DNA from: Nitrosopumilus sp. | GTDB lineage: Archaea; Thermoproteota; Nitrososphaeria; Nitrososphaerales; Nitrosopumilaceae | Assembly (NCBI GenBank): GCA_965207445.1 | Contig: CBDBLX010000002.1 | Span: 672,001-736,000, forward strand | DNA: 64,000 bases | Reading direction: 5' to 3' | Shown here: positions 60,921 to 64,000 of the stretch, one piece after another | How the letters are laid out: each line of letters begins with the position of its first letter | How positions within the stretch are numbered: position 1 is the stretch's first letter | Notes under the pieces: generated by a model | The model's database searches: none | What the model saw: the letters and a program-made list of their open reading frames with translations, nothing else | What the model was told of the DNA's origin: nothing | Made by a program: the position numbers and the translations under genes

Positions 60921-61928
60921 TTGGTTTTTTGTATGAGTGTTCGTGATTCTGCACATTCGATTAACTTTTGCGTATTAGGTAATCAAAAACTTGCGCTTGA
61001 ATTTGGCAAGGCTGGCACTTCATCTGATATTACCATATATGATAAAAAGGCTCGTGACGCGGTAAGAACGTGGGTTGTGGCAAGCGGGTTTCCAGAAAAA
61101 ATACCTCCGTTATTTCAAACGATCTTGATGTCTGAATATGTAATTTTTTATGTAGATTTACTTGACAAATTTACCGGTGAGCAGATTATTGCACTTGACA
61201 TTTTAGGTAAAAAAGACGGAATACTGTGTCATGCCTATGAAGTTGATTCAACTAAACTCGATATGATGATCAAAGGCACTGTGGTTGAAAATTATACTCG
61301 CGTTGAGATACCAAATCTTATAGATGCCGTCAATGCAATGCCACCTATTGCCTCTGATGTAAATACATCTACTAGTCCATCTGAGATCGTAATAGATCAT
61401 TCTTTTGATGTCAAAGGTGTTGGAACTGTAATACTTGGAAGAGTAACTCGTGGTTCTATAAAACAGTATGATACACTACTGCACTATCCTATACTATCTG
61501 AGGTTTTGGTAAAGTCGATACAGATGCACGATGATCCTGTAAGTTTGGCATCATATCCGGCACGTGTGGGGTTGGCTCTTAAAGGTGTAAAACCTGATGA
61601 TATACAGCGCGGTGATATTTTATCTCTTGCACAAAATGATTCACTAGTTGTATCATCGCATATACGATTGGAATATGTGCCTAATCGCTTTTACAAAGGA
61701 GGCTTGTCTGAGAATCAAGGATGTATCATATCGATAGGACTTTTGGCACGTGCATCAATAATATCTCAGATTGTCACGTCTAGTGATGATGATGATGAAA
61801 TAACCACAATTGACTTGAAATTTACAAAACCAATTGTATGTCACATAGGTGACACTGCTGTACTCTTGAGGCCCGAAGCTACTCCGGTTAGAATCGTGGG
61901 GTCGGGGCGTATCGTAGAATCCGTCTAA
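60921..61928 (+). CDS. EF-Tu/SelB-like protein with degenerate G domain
   Basis: IDHSFDVKGVGTVILG, VKSIQMHD, RVGLALKG. Confidence 0.82.
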   Translation: MVFCMSVRDSAHSINFCVLGNQKLALEFGKAGTSSDITIYDKKARDAVRTWVVASGFPEKIPPLFQTILMSEYVIFYVDLLDKFTGEQIIALDILGKKDGILCHAYEVDSTKLDMMIKGTVVENYTRVEIPNLIDAVNAMPPIASDVNTSTSPSEIVIDHSFDVKGVGTVILGRVTRGSIKQYDTLLHYPILSEVLVKSIQMHDDPVSLASYPARVGLALKGVKPDDIQRGDILSLAQNDSLVVSSHIRLEYVPNRFYKGGLSENQGCIISIGLLARASIISQIVTSSDDDDEITTIDLKFTKPIVCHIGDTAVLLRPEATPVRIVGSGRIVESV

Positions 61929-61937
61929 AATAATAGT

Positions 61938-62549
61938 ATGAAGCATATTATACAATGTGAGGAAATGTCACAACAACCATCTTTATCTACTGTTAAGAGA
62001 TTGACAATTGGAATGACTGGGAGCACAGGCTCCATATATGGAATACGCTTGCTTGAAGTGTTACGGGAACTCAGAATAGAAACACACCTTGTAATGTCTG
62101 ATTGGGCAACAAAATGCATCACAATGGAGACTGACTATACTGTGTCTGATGTTAAAAATCTTGCCACCTTTACTTCTAGTGACTCAAATATGGCATCTAC
62201 AATATCAAGTGGAACATCTCTGATAAATGGTATGATTGTGGCGCCTTGTAGCATGAAGACAGTGTCTGCAATTGCAAATGGGTATGATGACACACTAATC
62301 TCTAGAGCAGCAGGTGTTACGATCAAAGAATCCCGTAAACTAGTTTTAATAGCAAGGGAATCTCCCTTGTCTGCAATACATCTTGAGAATATGTTAAAAC
62401 TTGCTCGACTTGGAGTAGTTATCATGCCACCTGTGACAGAATTTTATACCAAACCAAAAACATTATCTGATATTGTAAATCACACTATTGGCAAATGCCT
62501 TGATCAATTCCAAATTCCACACATGATCTCTGATCGGTGGGGTTCCTAG
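61938..62549 (+). CDS. ubiX: Flavin prenyltransferase UbiX (start may be ATG 61965)
   Basis: GMTGSTG, APCSMKT, RAAGV.IKE.RKL, RESPL. Confidence 0.9.
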   Translation: MKHIIQCEEMSQQPSLSTVKRLTIGMTGSTGSIYGIRLLEVLRELRIETHLVMSDWATKCITMETDYTVSDVKNLATFTSSDSNMASTISSGTSLINGMIVAPCSMKTVSAIANGYDDTLISRAAGVTIKESRKLVLIARESPLSAIHLENMLKLARLGVVIMPPVTEFYTKPKTLSDIVNHTIGKCLDQFQIPHMISDRWGS

Positions 62550-62572
62550 TTGCAATGATGCAGTGATAATTA

Positions 62573-63055
62573 ATGCAAAAATTCATTCTGAGAAATACTG
62601 TACATACTGACATTGAATCTGCTTATACTATATTATGTGATCCTAAAGTATACCAAAGCGTGATTCCGCATCATTACCCATCTGTTCGTGTAATGTCTGT
62701 TCGTGGTAATACAATGGTTGCAGAAGAGCATCTGATTATTGGACAGTGTGAGTTAGTTATCATGGCAAAGCATGTTTTTGCCCCTCCACATAGACATGAG
62801 ACATTTATCATAGGCGGTGATGCAAAACGATCTCATATAATACATGATCTTGTAGAAAATAAGAGATCTAATAATGTAGATTTGAATAATACAATTGATC
62901 ATAATATATCATACACTACTGTCACTACTACTATTGAGTTTAATATGGGCAGGCTTGCATTTTTCTCAAGACATCGTACTATCCAATCGATCGAAGATTC
63001 GTTTAAGAGTATAATGCATGATCTTGTCAATGTAGCAGAGTCTAAATCTAAATGA
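62573..63055 (+). CDS. SRPBCC/polyketide cyclase-like protein
   Basis: Helix-grip-like pattern; SVRGN..VAEEH, IGGDAK.SHI. Confidence 0.65.
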   Translation: MQKFILRNTVHTDIESAYTILCDPKVYQSVIPHHYPSVRVMSVRGNTMVAEEHLIIGQCELVIMAKHVFAPPHRHETFIIGGDAKRSHIIHDLVENKRSNNVDLNNTIDHNISYTTVTTTIEFNMGRLAFFSRHRTIQSIEDSFKSIMHDLVNVAESKSK

Positions 63056-63119
63056 TAATATTATATCTGATAATTTATTTTAAAATTTATCATTTAATTA
63101 TCATATCTGGTGTAAAATT

Positions 63120-63320
63120 TTACTGTTTTTTTTCCTTGTAGTCTTTCAGCTCTTTGTCGCCTTCAATCTTACCTTTTTCAAACTCACCTTTTGCTCTGCC
63201 CATAGTCTTTGCTAGTTCGGGTATCTTTTTGGCACCAAATATTAGCACTACTACCACAATGAGTAGTATTATCCATTCTTGGCCTGCTATAAATCCTACA
63301 AGTGAATCTAGAATTATCAT
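63120..63320 (-). CDS. tatA: Twin-arginine translocase TatA/E
   Basis: EWII...FGAKKIPELAK.MGRAKGEF. Confidence 0.92.
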   Translation of the reverse strand: MIILDSLVGFIAGQEWIILLIVVVVLIFGAKKIPELAKTMGRAKGEFEKGKIEGDKELKDYKEKKQ

Positions 63321-63555
63321 GATGTGTGTTGGTGGTTTTTAGATTTAAGTGTTAGATCTGGTGAGTTTTATGTACCGAGGATTGTTTTATGCAATCTGTG
63401 GTTTTGATATTGTGTATGCTACAAGTCTACCTGCCAATCACCGTATTCTTGTTATACTGTAGTAGACGATCTGATTCACTCTAATTTATTATAAAATATG
63501 TAATCTAATTTAAAATATTTTTGTTTGTTTTTGTGTGTTTGATCAACTTGAACTA

Positions 63556-63870
63556 TTAGTCTGATGGATTGATCTTCATCTCACCGTATTTTTTACTTAC
63601 AGATATTGATACCTCGCCTCGAAATTCTTTGGTGTAGCCATTGATGATCTCAACAACATCCCCCTCTTTTACCTTTGAGATTTCATCTCCCCAGAGTGTC
63701 ATCTTTATCTCTCCACTGTCATCTCCTAGTACGTGATCACATACATCTTTTGACTCACCTGATGCCTTTAACGTGACGGTTCGTTTTTCGCCGAGTTTTT
63801 TGACTTTGGCTTTTAAGTTTATACTGTTACGCATCTTTGTGGCTTGCTCAACTGTAACGTATTCTGTCAT
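63556..63870 (-). CDS. Single OB-fold ssDNA-binding protein (crenarchaeal SSB-like)
   Basis: GDDSGEIKMTLWG, GDVVEI.NGY..EFRG. Confidence 0.85.
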   Translation of the reverse strand: MTEYVTVEQATKMRNSINLKAKVKKLGEKRTVTLKASGESKDVCDHVLGDDSGEIKMTLWGDEISKVKEGDVVEIINGYTKEFRGEVSISVSKKYGEMKINPSD

Positions 63871-64000
63871 TGTATTTTGTACGATACGCGTAATTATAAG
63901 CCTTTATTCTTTCAACGTAACATAACCTTTCAAGACACTTACTCATTTTTACATCTAAATGATGATGTGTTGCAAAATATTTGTTTAAACTCACTTTTGG

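Noticed and set aside
60921..61928. Selenocysteine machinery suggested by the SelB-like gene
   Set aside because: The G domain is degenerate, no tRNA-Sec or in-frame UGA selenoprotein is seen, and such paralogues occur in non-Sec archaea.

Overview
AT-rich archaeal chromosome segment, most consistent with an ammonia-oxidising Nitrososphaerota (Nitrosopumilaceae-like). This rests on Rpo10, archaeal uS2/enolase, the mvk-ipk-idi-GGPS-gltX cluster, and IPxW(V/I)K surface-protein motifs; a host-associated lifestyle is only an inference. Core content: about 60 CDS (isoprenoid and tetrapyrrole clusters, Pst/PhoU phosphate uptake next to an ArsR-ArsC-aquaporin module, three aminoacyl-tRNA synthetases, ahcY, nadE, ubiX, tatA) and three tRNAs (His, Leu, Thr). 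The most notable item is a 2.15-kb transposase-free composite element (41828-43977). It consists of two direct ~232-bp MITE copies with intact outer ends and a perfect 9-bp target duplication (CTTACTAAC). It carries an intact uncharacterised 350-aa gene coupled to a decayed PD-(D/E)xK nuclease, a candidate mobilised defence module. Also seen: a five-copy 81-82-bp GTAA-ended MITE family with 9-bp TSDs, and a tRNA-Thr-adjacent island with fused IS110 and high-GC IS4/ISH3-like remnants. There is also a candidate small structured RNA at ~47045-47120, three sORFs missed by the ORF track, and in-frame slippage-derived low-complexity insertions in many housekeeping enzymes, linked to a strong strand compositional skew. 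All family calls come from motif recognition by eye; no searches were run.
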